From positions 73,222,001 through 73,286,000 of the forward strand of contig NC_134472.1 of assembly GCF_964194025.1 (NCBI RefSeq): a DNA stretch of 64,000 nucleotides, written 5' to 3'. Shown one piece after another: positions 61,928-64,000 of this stretch (position 1 is the first letter of the stretch; each line of letters begins with the position of its first letter). The notes under the pieces are model-generated. The model saw only the letters and a program-made list of their open reading frames with translations, had not been told where the DNA came from and did no database searches. The position numbers and the translations under genes are program-made. The stretch comes from Convolutriloba macropyga (lineage: Eukaryota).

Positions 61928-62088
61928 GTTCAAGTTTCACCTTTATTCCAACTTCGGATCGCTTCTCCTGCAGGAGTGCAGCTGATACAAAGTACCCATG
62001 GGTACATCTTCACAACATGGGCGTGATAGGAATCGCCCGGTCCATACGCAAATTGCTCCTCCCGCTGTTAGTTATTATTTTGGGTTAA
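61928..62088 (+). CDS. SGNH-fold protein exon 3
   Basis: ttttag acceptor in the matching phase; FTFIP...PWVHLHNMGVIGIARSIRK (block V His and final helix); TAA at 62086-62088. A possible donor gttagt at 62067 could extend the gene. Confidence 0.65.
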
Positions 62089-62214
62089 GGAGCTAAATCT
62101 TCTATATATTAATCGCGTGAACACATAATGCGGCATGTTTTAGAGGCATCACTGAGCAGCAAGTTTTAACAGTACTACCGAAGAGCACAGTTAAGCGATT
62201 GCTTAACTGGGGTT

Positions 62215-62720
62215 AATGACAGAAAAAGTGTCCTTTAAGGTCATTGACCGATTAAAGTTTCCTAAAGGTCATTGTCCGAAAATTGTTTAAAAAGGTCATC
62301 GACCCAAAAGTTGCCAGAAGGTCACTGATCCAAAATGTTGCTAAGAGGTCGTGTCATCCACCGAAAAATGCTTGAAGCACTTTCTACCAAAATTGCGAAA
62401 AAGCCTGTCGGCGAATTTTGTTTGTTAAAAAAAGACAATAATCGTTGTTTCAATAACAATAATAATAATGTCGGAAAAATCATTGGCCGATTAGTTGTTC
62501 AGAAACATGTCTGTGACCAAAAACTTCTTCAGAAAACAGTCTGTGACCGAAAAGCTTCTGATACTGAAAAGGTAAATGATCGAAATTGTGTCAAGAGGGT
62601 TTATGACAAAAATAAACTTCGTTTTTCATTATTCATTGTCAAAAAATTGTTGTTGATGAAAAAGGTTGTCTTGAAAACTTGTGAAGGAAAAGTCGCTCAC
62701 CGAAAACGTCAAGGATTAAC
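62215..62720. repeat. Degenerate ~21-22-bp minisatellite (aaggtcattgaccgaaaa...)
   Basis: ggtca(t/c)tgaccgaaaa-like units recur throughout. Confidence 0.7.
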
Positions 62721-63199
62721 AGTTGGATGATGGAAATTTGTTTTGTCAAATTATCATTGTACGAAAGTTTTTTTGATACAGAAGAATTCAGCGAACAAAA
62801 ACTGTGTAGTGTAAAAATCCCATAAGGTGCCGATGCAAAAACCAAAGGTGCCAAAAAAATATACATGACAAAACTGAGAACTTGAAATAAATACACAAAT
62901 TTTTTAGCGCTCAGTAGAGGGCTTTTTCATATTAAGCGTTGTTACTAATAAATTATTGCTTGCAAAACATGATAGGTATATAGTTTTCGTTCTGTAATTT
63001 GTTCCAGGAAAATTTTGTTGGTGGCATCAGCCAGCCTTTTAACTCAGGTCTGTGTTTGTTGAAATCGTAAAAGCATTCGCAAAAGCTTGCCAACGATTCT
63101 TTTTTATCAGCTTATTCCTCTTTTTGGGTACATCCATCGTGTATTCATTGGCACATTCATCCTTTTTCTGAGAACCGGAATTCATTGCCTCACCCAAGA

Positions 63200-63900
63200 T
63201 CTGTTTTTCTTCTCTTTTGAACTGCGGTATCTCTCCCTCTCTTCTGTCTCTTTCTCTATCTTTCTTTTTTCTGTTGTACTATCTCTCTCATGACTTCGGC
63301 TTCTTTCTTTTTGCTGTCCCATTTTCCTTCATTCTATCGCTTTCGTTTTTTCTTGCGTTCTCTCTCGCTCACCTTCCTTTTTTTCTCCATTCTGTCTTTC
63401 TCTCTCTCTCACCTTCCTTTTTTCTCCTTTCTGTCTTTCTCTCTTTTTTTTCTTTTCTCGGTTGTTTACTAACTTCTAATTTACTCTTTTTTGTTTGTCT
63501 GTTTTTGACTCAATTTTTTGTTTCCAATCGTTTTTCTTACGGTGGGTTCCTGACGTTCTGATGGTTTTTGTTGCATTGTGTTCTTTCTGCTTTTTCCTCT
63601 CTCATCAATTTCTATTTTTCCTAATCCTTATATCGTTAATTCGCCTTTTGTTTGCTTTTCGCTCACGTTGGCTTTCTCCCATACTTGTTTTTTCTGTTTT
63701 CCTCTGCTTTCAACCTTCTTTTGTTCTGTCTGTTGGGTTTTTGTCCGTATTTTTAAATCGATTTGCTCTACGACTCAATATATATTTCTGCTTTTATCGA
63801 TCTCTTTCTCTCCTTCTTTATACCTCATTCTATCTGTTTTGATTTTTAATGCTCTGTGAAAAGATCTACTACTCTTAACTCGCATAAAACCTTTCTTTGA
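63200..63900. repeat. CT/T-rich low-complexity region
   Basis: Strongly polypyrimidine; the overlapping F/S/L-rich ORFs are compositional. Confidence 0.85.
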
Positions 63901-64000
63901 CATATTTGGCTCTCTTCAATTTTTTTTTGGTGTGTCCAAAAAAAATTCATTGAAACGATCGCATGTTCACCAGTTATCACGAAAAAAATTTCAATGATAA

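Noticed and set aside
62335-63859. Lys-rich and Phe/Leu/Ser-rich ORFs
   Set aside because: Derived from minisatellite and polypyrimidine low-complexity sequence.

Overview
AT-rich, intron-containing animal genomic DNA, probably an invertebrate. I reconstruct three + strand genes. (1) Cytoplasmic tyrosyl-tRNA synthetase with C-terminal EMAP-II domain, join(4695..4956,5244..5459,7941..8279,9264..9564,18022..18196,19246..19578), 541 aa. (2) Giant E3 ligase HERC1, join(28281..29022,32319..33215,34731..34874,39884..40129,42745..54209), 4497 aa, with an 11.5-kb last exon. (3) A small three-exon SGNH-hydrolase-fold gene, only partly visible in the ORF track, join(60125..60424,61037..61187,61928..62088), 203 aa, with Cys where the catalytic Ser normally is. 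Introns and intergenic DNA hold about 30 copies or termini of at least four families (my labels A, B, C, F) of non-autonomous Helentron/DINE-1-like rolling-circle elements (HINEs). Each has a 5' subterminal inverted repeat with hairpin, and a 3' subterminal inverted repeat with a stem-loop followed by TATGTTT. The most striking signal is that these families repeatedly insert into the T-run just behind each other's 5' hairpin, forming ordered Russian-doll nests. Empty and filled versions of the same sites occur in the window, and every recognisable copy has the same orientation. Also present: a five-copy 1.4-kb mosaic tandem array behind the TyrRS stop, tRNA-like Pol III cassettes inside family A, MITE-like inverted repeats and a template-switch hairpin. 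All coordinates were read by eye and repeat ends may be off by a few bases.
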